From NCBI GenBank assembly GCA_041497675.1, contig JBGQGY010000005.1, forward strand, positions 1-63,465: DNA of 63,465 nt. Reading direction: 5' to 3'. Shown here in pieces: positions 44,850 through 53,686 of this stretch (positions within the stretch are counted from its first letter, which is position 1; each line of letters begins with the position of its first letter). The stretch is from a bacterium (lineage in GTDB: Bacteria > Sysuimicrobiota > Sysuimicrobiia > Sysuimicrobiales > Humicultoraceae). The translations under genes and the position numbers were made by a program. A model generated the notes under the pieces. It searched no databases. It was not told where the DNA came from and worked only from the letters and a program-made list of their open reading frames with translations.

Positions 44850-45665
44850 TTACCGCACGAACCGATTCGACGCCAGCATGGCCCAGTAGACCGCACCCGG
44901 CAACAGTAAGAGCCCGACCGTCACCGCCAGCATCCGCCCGACGAAATTGAACAGACCCGCCGTCGCGGGTTCAGCCGCCCGCGCGAACATCATCGTCCTG
45001 ACCGCGGTGATCCTCGCAGCCATGTCCTCCTTAAGTTTCCCAAAGCCCTGCCGTAGCCGCTGCAACTGCTCGACGCACGCCGAGCCCCGCATTTTGGTGG
45101 GCCCCGTGGCGACGTCCAGGTCCTGGTAGGTCTCTTCCAATTGGTTGTAGAGCCGTGGGTCCAGCAGGGCGATCTCCGCGGTCGCGGTGAGACGCGTCCA
45201 CGTGGACTCGTTGAAACCGTCGAACTTGCACTGGGCCGGCTGGTCCGACAACAATTCGGCGGCCCGGGCCGCGTTGAAGGCGACCTCTGTGGCCAGCGGG
45301 TTGAGCACACCTAATTGCCCGCGGAGATCGCGCAGTTCGTCCTGCCTCGCCTGCCAGGCGCTCGCGATGCCGAACCCCATGATGATGGCCAGGATGTTGG
45401 TCAGGATGCTGATCGCGCCGCCCCGGTACCACACGGTCAGCGCGCGACCGAAACGCCGGGTGCGATCGGCCATCTGCAGGTGCCGGCGGTTGGCTTCCAC
45501 GAGCTGGCGTACTTTCTCTTCTTCCCAGGCGAGCTCACGCGCGAGCTCGGCGATCGTGAGCTCATCCTCGACGACCTTTTGGCGGAGGAACCGAAGCGGA
45601 TCGCCGGGCACGGCCGCGCTCAACTGCTCCATGAGCGCGACCCGGTCACCGGGCGCAACAGTCAT
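44850..45665 (-). CDS. hypothetical membrane protein with N-terminal HTH-like segment and two TM helices
   Basis: LTIAELARELAWEEEKVRQLV resembles an HTH. TM1 is AISILTNILAIIMGFGIASAW. The C-terminal TM is MLAVTVGLLLLPGAVYWAML. No family recognised. Confidence 0.55.
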   Translation of the reverse strand: MTVAPGDRVALMEQLSAAVPGDPLRFLRQKVVEDELTIAELARELAWEEEKVRQLVEANRRHLQMADRTRRFGRALTVWYRGGAISILTNILAIIMGFGIASAWQARQDELRDLRGQLGVLNPLATEVAFNAARAAELLSDQPAQCKFDGFNESTWTRLTATAEIALLDPRLYNQLEETYQDLDVATGPTKMRGSACVEQLQRLRQGFGKLKEDMAARITAVRTMMFARAAEPATAGLFNFVGRMLAVTVGLLLLPGAVYWAMLASNRFVR

Positions 45666-45678
45666 AGGATCAGGGCGC

Positions 45679-46308
45679 CTAGCGCCAGCACTCTTCCGGC
45701 GTCGCGGTGAACTTGAGGCTCCGGACGATCGCGTTGATCCAGGGCTCGTGCTGGCGGAACAAATCCTCGCGGACCCAGAAGAGCATCTGCCCGGTGGTCC
45801 ATTGTGTGGGCGCGATGTTGCGGGCGGTCCCGTCTTCGAACAGGAAGAACCATAACGTGTACCCGGGCGTTTCCTCGAAGGTGCGCCCCTGGAGGAACGA
45901 GAGAAAGTCCCGTTTGGTCTCTTTGTACACGATCTCGCTGACGGTCATCGACCCTTCCACGAACCGGTCCACCCACACGAGTTTGTCCGGGGGGTTACGC
46001 ATGCAGTCCAGACAGAACGCCCCGGCGGCGGCCGACGCCGCCGATTGTGGTGAGAGCGGCGACGCGGCGAGGTTGCGGACTCCCGAAAGCAATCCGACGA
46101 CCTGTTCTTCGGGCCCGATGGTCATGATAAATTTCTCGTCGATGATCCCGGTCCCCCACCCCTGCGGATACCGGTACGTGAACCCGCACTGCGCGTGCGC
46201 GTACTCGTTGGGCAGGGTTGTCTGAGCCGTCTGGGCCCCGACCCGGACGGGCGCCAGCAGCGCCGCAGCGGCCATCACGTACAGACACAAGCGTATCACG
46301 CGCATCAT
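45679..46308 (-). CDS. hypothetical exported protein
   Basis: GGAGGG precedes ATG 46308. Signal peptide MMRVIRLCLYVMAAAALLAPVRVGAQ. No family recognised. Confidence 0.6.
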   Translation of the reverse strand: MMRVIRLCLYVMAAAALLAPVRVGAQTAQTTLPNEYAHAQCGFTYRYPQGWGTGIIDEKFIMTIGPEEQVVGLLSGVRNLAASPLSPQSAASAAAGAFCLDCMRNPPDKLVWVDRFVEGSMTVSEIVYKETKRDFLSFLQGRTFEETPGYTLWFFLFEDGTARNIAPTQWTTGQMLFWVREDLFRQHEPWINAIVRSLKFTATPEECWR

Positions 46309-46372
46309 CGTCGATCCCTCCGCTGTCTATCATACACGTTACCTATGACGTACCCGCAGATCACTCCTCCTT

Positions 46373-46400
46373 AGACGGTGACCCGGAGACGGTGACCCGG
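46373..46400. repeat. perfect tandem direct repeat, 2 x AGACGGTGACCCGG
   Basis: Read directly: 46373-46386 and 46387-46400 are identical. Located in the divergent intergenic region 46309-46500. Confidence 0.95.
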
Positions 46401-46429
46401 GTCATATGACGGCGGCGCAAAGTCATGAC
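46393..46429. promoter_or_regulatory. cluster of TGAC/GTCA palindromes (candidate operator): TGACCCGGGTCA 46393-46404, GTCATATGAC 46401-46410, GTCATGAC 46422-46429
   Basis: The palindromes are read directly and overlap the tandem repeat. Their position between divergent operons suggests a regulator-binding site. The function is inferred only. Confidence 0.4.
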
Positions 46430-46500
46430 CCCGGACAGTAGATGAACTCGTCCCGGGTGCCTAGGATGATCGCAGCGAGAGTGGCCAGGAGGTGCGCCCG

Positions 46501-47412
46501 GTGGACGCGATCGTGCAGGTGGACAATCTCAGGAAGCGGTACGGTGACGTCGAGGCCGTTCGCGGCGTGTCGTTTGCCGTGCGCCAGGGCGAGATTTTTG
46601 GGATTCTGGGCCCAAACGGCGCCGGCAAGACGACGACGCTGGAGATCATCGAGGGCCTGCGCACCGCGGACTCGGGGACCGCCGTCGTCGCCGGGATCGA
46701 TGTCCGCCGCGACCCCAGCGGGGTGAAGTCCCTCATCGGCGTGCAGTTGCAGGAGGCGGGGTTCTTCGACCGGCTCACGGTCGAGGAGACGGTCGACCTC
46801 TTTGGGGCGTTCCACAGGCGCCAACTCCCGACCCGGCACGTGCTGGCTATGCTGGACCTGGTCGATCGGCGGCGCACGCTGGTCGAGACCCTCTCCGGCG
46901 GTCAGCGGCAGCGCCTCAGTTTGGCGCTCGCGTTGATCAACGACCCGCGGGTGGTCTTCCTCGACGAGCCGACGACCGGGCTGGATCCGCAGGCTCGACG
47001 GCATCTCTGGGAGATCATCGAGCGCATCCGGGTGGACGGCCGCACCATCGTGCTCACCACCCACTATATGGAAGAAGCGCAGCGCCTGTGCGATCGGGTG
47101 GCGATCATGGATCACGGCCAGGTCATCGAACTGGGGACCCCGCGCGCCTTGATTGCGCAACACGCTGGGACCACCACCGTCTCGGTCGGGATGGAGGGCT
47201 CAGACGTCGATCTCCGAGGCCTCGTCGGAGTCGAAACCGTCGACCGCGCAAACGGCGACGTGCTCCTGCACACGCGCGATCCGCTGGGCACCCTGCACGC
47301 ACTCGTCGAGTTCCGGCAGGCCGGCCGCCTTGCGTATCGGAGCCTGCGCCTCGAGGAACCGACGTTGGAAGACGTGTTTCTCACGCTGACCGGCCGGAGG
47401 CTGCGAGAATGA
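46501..47412 (+). CDS. ABC transporter ATP-binding protein, ABC-2 (DrrA/CcmA-like) exporter type
   Basis: AGGAGG at 46487-46492 favours GTG 46501 over GTG 46492. Walker A GPNGAGKTT, signature LSGGQRQR, Walker B VFLDEP. Confidence 0.9.
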   Translation: MDAIVQVDNLRKRYGDVEAVRGVSFAVRQGEIFGILGPNGAGKTTTLEIIEGLRTADSGTAVVAGIDVRRDPSGVKSLIGVQLQEAGFFDRLTVEETVDLFGAFHRRQLPTRHVLAMLDLVDRRRTLVETLSGGQRQRLSLALALINDPRVVFLDEPTTGLDPQARRHLWEIIERIRVDGRTIVLTTHYMEEAQRLCDRVAIMDHGQVIELGTPRALIAQHAGTTTVSVGMEGSDVDLRGLVGVETVDRANGDVLLHTRDPLGTLHALVEFRQAGRLAYRSLRLEEPTLEDVFLTLTGRRLRE

Positions 47413-48467
47413 GGGCGTTTAGCATGATGCTACGGATGAGCTTCAGGACCTATCTGAGAAATCGGTCGGCCCTGTTCTTCGGTGTGCTGTTTCCGCTAAT
47501 TTTGATGACGCTGATCGGTCTGGCGTTCGGCGGGACCGATACCCTTCTGTTCACAATCTCGGTGGTGGATGAGGGCAACGGCGCGGTTGCAAGACCGCTC
47601 ATCGAAGGACTGCGCCGGGTGTCGGTGTTGAAGATCGTCGAAGAGCCGAAGGATCGGGCGCTCGCGCGTCTGCGCCGCGGCGATCGGGCACTCGTGGTCG
47701 TAATCCCCGCAAGCGGCGGCACGCTGGAGGCCTTTGTCGACTCGAGCCGCGAACAAACCAGCCGGACCGCGCTGTTGATCCTCGAACGCTTTGTCGCCGA
47801 GGCGAATCTGCGGATCGCCGGCTCGCCGAGATTGCTGCGGGTGACGGAGTCGGCGATCGCCGGATCGCACGTCACCTTCTTCGACTTCCTGATGCCGGGC
47901 ATCCTGGCCATGACGATCGCGCAGACCGGGTTGCTGAGCGTTTCGACCGTGGTCGCCCAGATGCGCGAGCGTCTGCTGCTCAAACGCATCATGGCGACGC
48001 CGGTGTCGCCGCTGGCGTTCCTGGGCGGGCTCGTCGGGCGGTTCAGCGTGACCCAGTTGTTCCAGGCGGCGATCATCTTCCTGATCGCCACGACCGTCTT
48101 TGGCGCGCACACGGAGGGCCGCTTGTTGGATCTGGTCATTCTGGCCGTCGTCGGCGCGGTCGCCTTCTTTGGCATGGGGTTTGCGATCTCGACGGTATCG
48201 AAGACGAGCGAGTCCGCGAACCTGCTGGGTAGCCTGGTGAACTTCCCCATGATGTTCCTGTCCGGGACGTTCTGGCCGCGCGAGCTCATGCCACAGACCA
48301 TCCGGCCGGTCATCGCGTACCTGCCCTTGAGCCCGCTGGTCGATGCGATGCGCGGTGTCGGCGCGTCCGGCGAGCCGTTGACACACTACCTCTGGGCCAT
48401 CGGGTATCTGCTGGCGTGGACTGTGGCGGCCTTTGCCCTCGCCGTGCGCCGGTTTCGTTGGGAGTAG
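47409..48467 (+). CDS. ABC-2 type transporter permease
   Basis: ATGA overlap at 47409-47412. First TM, then a large loop, then about five more TMs. Listed ORF 47088.. is a run-on. Confidence 0.85.
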   Translation: MRAFSMMLRMSFRTYLRNRSALFFGVLFPLILMTLIGLAFGGTDTLLFTISVVDEGNGAVARPLIEGLRRVSVLKIVEEPKDRALARLRRGDRALVVVIPASGGTLEAFVDSSREQTSRTALLILERFVAEANLRIAGSPRLLRVTESAIAGSHVTFFDFLMPGILAMTIAQTGLLSVSTVVAQMRERLLLKRIMATPVSPLAFLGGLVGRFSVTQLFQAAIIFLIATTVFGAHTEGRLLDLVILAVVGAVAFFGMGFAISTVSKTSESANLLGSLVNFPMMFLSGTFWPRELMPQTIRPVIAYLPLSPLVDAMRGVGASGEPLTHYLWAIGYLLAWTVAAFALAVRRFRWE

Positions 48468-48512
48468 GAAGACCTTCCCCCGGATAAGAACCCCTTACTC
48501 AGGAGTGGCTTG

Positions 48513-49688
48513 ATGAGCAAACGGACCTGGTTTGGACTCCTCACAGCCCGCTACGGCAGCTATCTGTTTCTCTTCCTGAGTCACGCCGTCGGCCGGCAGC
48601 GGCTCCCGTCAGATCGGCTCGCGCTGCTGGCCGTCCTGTTGCTGGGGCTGGTCGGTATCGCGTCACTGATCCGGCGTCTGCAATCCCGACGCCAGATCGC
48701 CGCGCTGATTGCGGTCGAGCTGGGGGTGACGTTCGCGGCCGCGTCGGTCGTCGGCGAGGGCGCCTTCTTCTTGCTCTACTTCATCGCGCTGGTCGACGTA
48801 TTCTTCACGTTTCCACCTGGGCAGGCCATCGCCATCGCGGCAGGCGCGTATGCTCTGCTGGGGATCAACTTCGCGGCCATCTGGCGCCCATGGAGTCAAG
48901 CCTATGTCCAAACCATGGGCTCAATACTGCTTGGGTTCATCTTCACCGGGGCCGCGGTGCACTTTGCGGTCGAACAGCGCCGAGCGCGCGAGCGAGCCGA
49001 ACATCTCTTGAAAGAACTGGAAGCAGCCCACGCGCGGCTGCAGGCATACGCTGTCGAGGTCGAGACCCTGTCGGTCGCGCGGGAGCGCCAGCGGCTGGCG
49101 CAGGACGTCCATGATGAGATCGCCCACGTGCTCACCGGACTGCTCGTCCAGATCCAGGCGATTCGCCGGTTGATGCGCACAGAGCCCGCGGCAGCCGCGG
49201 CCAGGCTGGCGACAATCGAGGAAGCGGCCCGGCGCGGTCTCGACGAAGTCCGTCGGGCCGTGCGCGCCATGCGTCCCGAGCATCTTGAAGGTGTTGGGGG
49301 GATCGAAGCCATGCGCCGTCTCTGCGGGCAGTATGGGGAACGCACCGGCATCCGCGTCAACTTCCTGACCGACCCCCAGGCGCAGGTGACACCGGCGCAG
49401 GAGGTGCTGCTCTACCGCACCCTGCAGGAGTGTCTCACGAACGCGGCCCGGCACGGCCGGGCGTCAACCGTATGGGCGCAGCTCACCGACGCCGGCGGCC
49501 GCATCGAGCTGCGCGTGAAAGACGATGGGGTCGGCGCCGAGAGCGTCCGGCCGGGGATGGGGATCGGTGGCATGCAAGAGCGCGCCCAGGAGGCCGGCGG
49601 GCGCTTTCACATGTCTACGGCCCCGGATGCCGGTTTTGAGGCGGTGCTTGAGCTGCCGCACGCGAACGCCCGCGCGCCGGTGGGCTGA
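48513..49688 (+). CDS. sensor histidine kinase, HisKA_3 type (intramembrane-sensing, DesK/LiaS/YvfT-like)
   Basis: About five N-terminal TMs with short loops. H-box RLAQDVHDEIAHVLTG. HATPase_c blocks (ECLTNAARHG, GMGIGGMQERA). Confidence 0.9.
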   Translation: MSKRTWFGLLTARYGSYLFLFLSHAVGRQRLPSDRLALLAVLLLGLVGIASLIRRLQSRRQIAALIAVELGVTFAAASVVGEGAFFLLYFIALVDVFFTFPPGQAIAIAAGAYALLGINFAAIWRPWSQAYVQTMGSILLGFIFTGAAVHFAVEQRRARERAEHLLKELEAAHARLQAYAVEVETLSVARERQRLAQDVHDEIAHVLTGLLVQIQAIRRLMRTEPAAAAARLATIEEAARRGLDEVRRAVRAMRPEHLEGVGGIEAMRRLCGQYGERTGIRVNFLTDPQAQVTPAQEVLLYRTLQECLTNAARHGRASTVWAQLTDAGGRIELRVKDDGVGAESVRPGMGIGGMQERAQEAGGRFHMSTAPDAGFEAVLELPHANARAPVG

Positions 49689-49693
49689 GGCGG

Positions 49694-50356
49694 GTGGACG
49701 TGGCCGGAAGGATCCGCGTCTTACTGTGCGACGACCAGCGGTTGTTCCGCGACGGTCTTCGAACGATCCTGGAATCTGAGCCCGACTTCGAAGTGGTCGG
49801 CGAAGCCGCCGATGGCGTCGCAGGCGTGGAGATGAGTCTGCGAATGCGGCCCGATCTGGTGGTGCTCGATATCCGGATGCCCCGCATGGATGGTGTGGAG
49901 GCCACCCGCAGGATTCGCGCCGCGGCCGGCCCTCCCGTCGTGATCCTCTCCACGTACGATGACGATGACTTCATCGTGGAAGCGTTGAAGGCCGGCGCGG
50001 TTGGCTATCTCTTGAAGGATTTTCCCTCGGACGAACTGGTGAAGGCCCTGCGCACGATTCACCACGGCGGCGGCATCCTGATCCCGCCGCCCATCGCCGC
50101 CAAGATCGTCGAGGAACTACGCCGCGACAGAGCTCCCGGCCAGCCGGCGGCGCTGGCCGAGCCGCTGACGCACCGCGAAGAAGAGATCCTCCGGCTGCTC
50201 GCCAGGGGACAATCAAACAAAGAAATCGCCGAGGGGCTCCACCTCACCGAAGGGACCGTGAAGAATTACATCAGCCGCATCTACGCCAAGCTGGGCGCAC
50301 GCGACCGCACGCAGGCCGCGTTGTGGGCGGTGGAGCACCGGCTGCTCAACGAGTAG
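49694..50356 (+). CDS. response regulator, NarL/LuxR family
   Basis: Receiver blocks LLCDDQ, VVLDIRMPRMDG, ALKAGAVGYLLKD. GerE HTH SNKEIAEGLHLTEGTVKNYISRIYAKLG. Confidence 0.92.
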   Translation: MDVAGRIRVLLCDDQRLFRDGLRTILESEPDFEVVGEAADGVAGVEMSLRMRPDLVVLDIRMPRMDGVEATRRIRAAAGPPVVILSTYDDDDFIVEALKAGAVGYLLKDFPSDELVKALRTIHHGGGILIPPPIAAKIVEELRRDRAPGQPAALAEPLTHREEEILRLLARGQSNKEIAEGLHLTEGTVKNYISRIYAKLGARDRTQAALWAVEHRLLNE

Positions 50357-50435
50357 GCTCCCACGACGACTGTCCACCCCACAATCTGGGCAGAAACGTA
50401 ATGGCACTCATCTTTTCATTGTCTGAGGCCTCATC

Positions 50436-51131
50436 ATGCACGATGCTGATCCAGTTCGCAGTTCGGGCTGGTCGGTGGCCCTGCAGGTTTTGGTCTCGAT
50501 CGTGATCGCCTTCGTGCTCATCGCCGGGCCACAGGTCGAAACACTCTGGGGCCGGGTGCGGGAGCGGCTGGTGGAGTTGAACAAACCCCGGCCCGCCGCC
50601 GAGCGCCCACCGGCAGTCGAGCGCTCACCGGCGGAGACGAAGAGACCCCAGGCGCCACAGCCGGCGGGGACGGTTGCGCCGCAGAAAGCGCCGGCGCCCT
50701 CAGCGGCTCCGGTCGCGTCTCAGACGGCGCCGGTTCAGCCGGTGCCACCCGCGCAGGTGCAGCCCAAACCGAAGGCATCGCCGGCGGGCCCGGCCACGCG
50801 CGAGCGCCCCAAACCCGTCGTCGTCGCGCGAAGGCCATACGCGCCCGTGCTCACCGAGCCGAAGTCCGACCCCCGTCCCGCGTTCGCCGCGTTGATGCAG
50901 GAAGGGTATGAGCTGTACCGGTCGGGATGGTATGGGCCCGCGATGGGACGGTTCAAAGCCGCCACACAGATCATGCCGAGCTCGGTGCCCGCGTACCTGT
51001 GGATGGGGCGCTCCGGTCTCAAAGCCGGCCGCACGGCCGAGGCGCGCCGCGCGCTCGAGCAGGTCATCGTGCTGGCCCCGGGCAGCGAAGCCGCCCGAGA
51101 GGCGCGGACGCTGCTGGGGACCTCCGAATAG
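50436..51131 (+). CDS. membrane-anchored protein with Pro/Ala-rich linker and C-terminal TPR-like repeats
   Basis: TM ALQVLVSIVIAFVLIAG. A low-complexity P/A/Q-rich stretch. TPR-like YELYRSGWYGPAMGRFKAATQIMP...GRTAEARRALEQVIVLAP. Confidence 0.65.
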   Translation: MHDADPVRSSGWSVALQVLVSIVIAFVLIAGPQVETLWGRVRERLVELNKPRPAAERPPAVERSPAETKRPQAPQPAGTVAPQKAPAPSAAPVASQTAPVQPVPPAQVQPKPKASPAGPATRERPKPVVVARRPYAPVLTEPKSDPRPAFAALMQEGYELYRSGWYGPAMGRFKAATQIMPSSVPAYLWMGRSGLKAGRTAEARRALEQVIVLAPGSEAAREARTLLGTSE

Positions 51132-51182
51132 TCCTCGTGTTGTAGCAGGTCCCACCGCAACACCCCAAAGAATACGTTGGGC

Positions 51183-52172
51183 ATGACACAACGCCACCTG
51201 GGCACAGAGGGGCTCGTGGTCTCGGCCATCGGCCTCGGCTGCATGGGCATGTCCGATTCGTACGGGGACGCTGCGAACGAGAGCGAGTCCATCGCCACGA
51301 TGCACCGCGCGGTCGAGCGGGGCGTCACATTCTTCGACACGGCGGATGTGTATGGCGGAGGCCGGAACGAGGACCTCGTCGGGAGAATCCTGCGCCCCAT
51401 TCGAGACAAGGTCATCATCGCCACGAAGTTTTGCGGCCTGCGCGACAAGGACGGCCGTAGTGCCGGGATCAGCGGGCGACCCGGGTATGTGAAGGAAGCC
51501 TGTGAGGCCAGCCTGCGCCGTCTGGGTATCGATTGCATCGACCTCTACTACCAGCATCGCGTCGATCCGAGCACACCAATTGAAGATACGGTGGGAGCCA
51601 TGGGCGAGCTCGTGCGCGCCGGCAAGATCCGGTTCGTCGGGTTGTCCGAGGCCGCGGTGGCAACGATCAGGCGCGCGCACACGGTGCACCCTATCAGCGC
51701 GTTGCAGACGGAGTACTCGGTCTGGTCACGCGACCCCGAGGCCGAGCTGTTGCCGACCTGCCGCGAACTCGGCATAGGGTTCGTGGCCTACAGCCCACTC
51801 GGACGTGGGTTTCTCACCGGGACCGTTCCATCGGCGGACCGACTGACCCCCACCGACCGCCGGCGCACGTTTCCCCGGTTTCAAGGCGACAATGCGCGGC
51901 ACAATCTGGCTCTCGTCGAACGCCTGCGCGATCTGGCGCGGGCAAAGGGCTGTACGCTGCCGCAGCTGCTGATCGCGTGGACGCTGGCGATGGGCGATGA
52001 CATCGTCCCGATTCCCGGCGCAAAGACGCGAGTGCACCTCGAGGACGACCTGGGCGCGGCGAACGTCGTCCTGACCCCGGCCGACCTGGCCCTGGTGAAC
52101 GAGATAACGCCCCCCGGCGTGGCCGCCGGTGAGCGGTATCCTGAAGCGGGGATGCGGTCGTTGAATCGTTAG
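51183..52172 (+). CDS. aldo/keto reductase
   Basis: [44 protein letters not shown]. Confidence 0.9.
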   Translation: MTQRHLGTEGLVVSAIGLGCMGMSDSYGDAANESESIATMHRAVERGVTFFDTADVYGGGRNEDLVGRILRPIRDKVIIATKFCGLRDKDGRSAGISGRPGYVKEACEASLRRLGIDCIDLYYQHRVDPSTPIEDTVGAMGELVRAGKIRFVGLSEAAVATIRRAHTVHPISALQTEYSVWSRDPEAELLPTCRELGIGFVAYSPLGRGFLTGTVPSADRLTPTDRRRTFPRFQGDNARHNLALVERLRDLARAKGCTLPQLLIAWTLAMGDDIVPIPGAKTRVHLEDDLGAANVVLTPADLALVNEITPPGVAAGERYPEAGMRSLNR

Positions 52173-52246
52173 CGGGTTTCGGCACCATCTTCATCGCGAT
52201 CACCTTCTATCCATCGCTCCCTACGCAGACAACAATCAATTGGATT

Positions 52247-52274
52247 GGAAACCTGCGGCCGGCCTCGTGCGAAC
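52247..52274 (+). promoter_or_regulatory. candidate ECF-type promoter GGAAAC-N17-CGAAC upstream of the sigma factor gene
   Basis: GGAAAC lies at 52247-52252 and CGAAC at 52270-52274. ECF sigma genes are commonly autoregulated from GGAAC-type -35 elements. This is a weak, sequence-only call. Confidence 0.25.
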
Positions 52275-52290
52275 AGGTGAGTAGGAGGCG

Positions 52291-52917
52291 ATGGAGGCAT
52301 GGGAGTCGCACAGGAACTCCCTTCTGCCGCGTCCAAGAGCGCAGACGATGGAGCACCGCGAGGGACAGGGCGAGGCCGAGGACGCGCTGCTGGTCCGTGT
52401 CGGCCAGAAAGACAGCCGGGCGTTCGAGGCCCTCTACGATCGCTACGGCGGCGCGGTTTACTCCCTGGCGGTCAAGATGCTCCGTGATCGCCAGACCGCG
52501 GAGGAGATCGCGCAAGAGGTATTCCTCGCTATCTGGCGGGGGGCGCGTGACTTCGATCCTGCCCGCGGCAGCGCGCGCTCCTGGATTCTCTCCCTGGCGC
52601 ATCATAAGAGTGTAGACGCGGTGCGGCGGCAACGTCTGCGTACCACGGAACCTTTGTCCGAGACGATGACCGCGGAGGCCGACGTCGCGCAGGACGCGCT
52701 TCGCGGCGTGACCGGCACGGAGGTCCAAAACGCGCTCGCGGCCCTCAGTGACGGGCAACGCGAGGCGATCGTGTTTGCGTACTACGGTGGGTATACACAG
52801 CAAGAGATCGCCAAGCGGCTTCGGGTGCCGCTGGGGACGGTGAAGACGCGGATGCGCGACGGCATGCTGCGGCTGCGCACCGCGCTCGAGCCACAGGTGC
52901 AGGGGACAGATCAGTGA
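52291..52917 (+). CDS. ECF (sigma-70 family group 4) RNA polymerase sigma factor
   Basis: Region 2 FEALYDRYGGAVYSLAVKML...EEIAQEVFLAIW. Region 4 YTQQEIAKRLRVPLGTVKTRMRDG. AGGAGG lies just upstream of ATG 52291; ATG 52348 is an alternative. Confidence 0.88.
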   Translation: MEAWESHRNSLLPRPRAQTMEHREGQGEAEDALLVRVGQKDSRAFEALYDRYGGAVYSLAVKMLRDRQTAEEIAQEVFLAIWRGARDFDPARGSARSWILSLAHHKSVDAVRRQRLRTTEPLSETMTAEADVAQDALRGVTGTEVQNALAALSDGQREAIVFAYYGGYTQQEIAKRLRVPLGTVKTRMRDGMLRLRTALEPQVQGTDQ

Positions 52918-53669
52918 CGCACGACGAGGTGCGGGAACTGTTGGCCGCCTATGCGCTCGACGCGCTCGACCCCGAGGACGAGCGCGCCGTCGAAGCGCAC
53001 CTGGCCACGTGTCCCGACTGCCGGCGCGACGTCGCGGCGCTGCGCGAAGCCGCCGCGAATCTGGCCACCGGTGTGCCGGCGGTGGAGCCGCCCGCGGCGC
53101 TCAAGACGCGGATCATGCGTGCGACCGAGCTCGAGGCTCGGGTCGAGCCGCCCGCTCCGGTGACCCCGCTTCCCGCGGGGCGGCCGCGGAACTGGCCGCT
53201 GGCCGTGGCGGCGTTGGCGGCCGCTCTGGCCGTGGCGTTGGGTGGGCTCAATCTCTCGCTGAACCGGCGGGTGGCCACGCTCACCAACCAGGTCAACGCG
53301 TTCAGCGAGCGCTTGACCATGCAAGAACAGGTCCTGACCCTGTTGGCCAGCCCCACGGTGAGGACCACGGCACTCAGGGGTTCAGTGCCGGCGAGCGTGC
53401 GGTTCGTCTACGACCCGTTGCGCCGGCAGGGTGTGCTGGTCGTCAGCGATCTGCCCGACCCGGGCGCGGACTTCGTGTACCAGTTGTGGTTGATCACCGG
53501 GCAGACGCCCGAGAGCGCCGGCGTCTTCAGGCCGGTTGTCGGCCGCTCGATTATCGTACCCGTGCAGGCAGATTTCATACGGTATCAGGCGATCGCCATC
53601 TCCGTCGAGCGGGGCCCCACCGGCGCGCCGGCCCCCAGCGCGGACCCGATCCTGCTGGCGACGCTGTAA
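52914..53669 (+). CDS. anti-sigma factor, zf-HC2 N-terminus with RskA-type C-terminal domain
   Basis: GTGA overlap with the sigma gene. HLATCPDCRRD. Central TM WPLAVAALAAALAVALGGL. C-terminal YQLWLI...YQAIAISVERGP. Confidence 0.8.
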   Translation: MTHDEVRELLAAYALDALDPEDERAVEAHLATCPDCRRDVAALREAAANLATGVPAVEPPAALKTRIMRATELEARVEPPAPVTPLPAGRPRNWPLAVAALAAALAVALGGLNLSLNRRVATLTNQVNAFSERLTMQEQVLTLLASPTVRTTALRGSVPASVRFVYDPLRRQGVLVVSDLPDPGADFVYQLWLITGQTPESAGVFRPVVGRSIIVPVQADFIRYQAIAISVERGPTGAPAPSADPILLATL

Positions 53670-53686
53670 CGGCCCTTACCGGTCCG

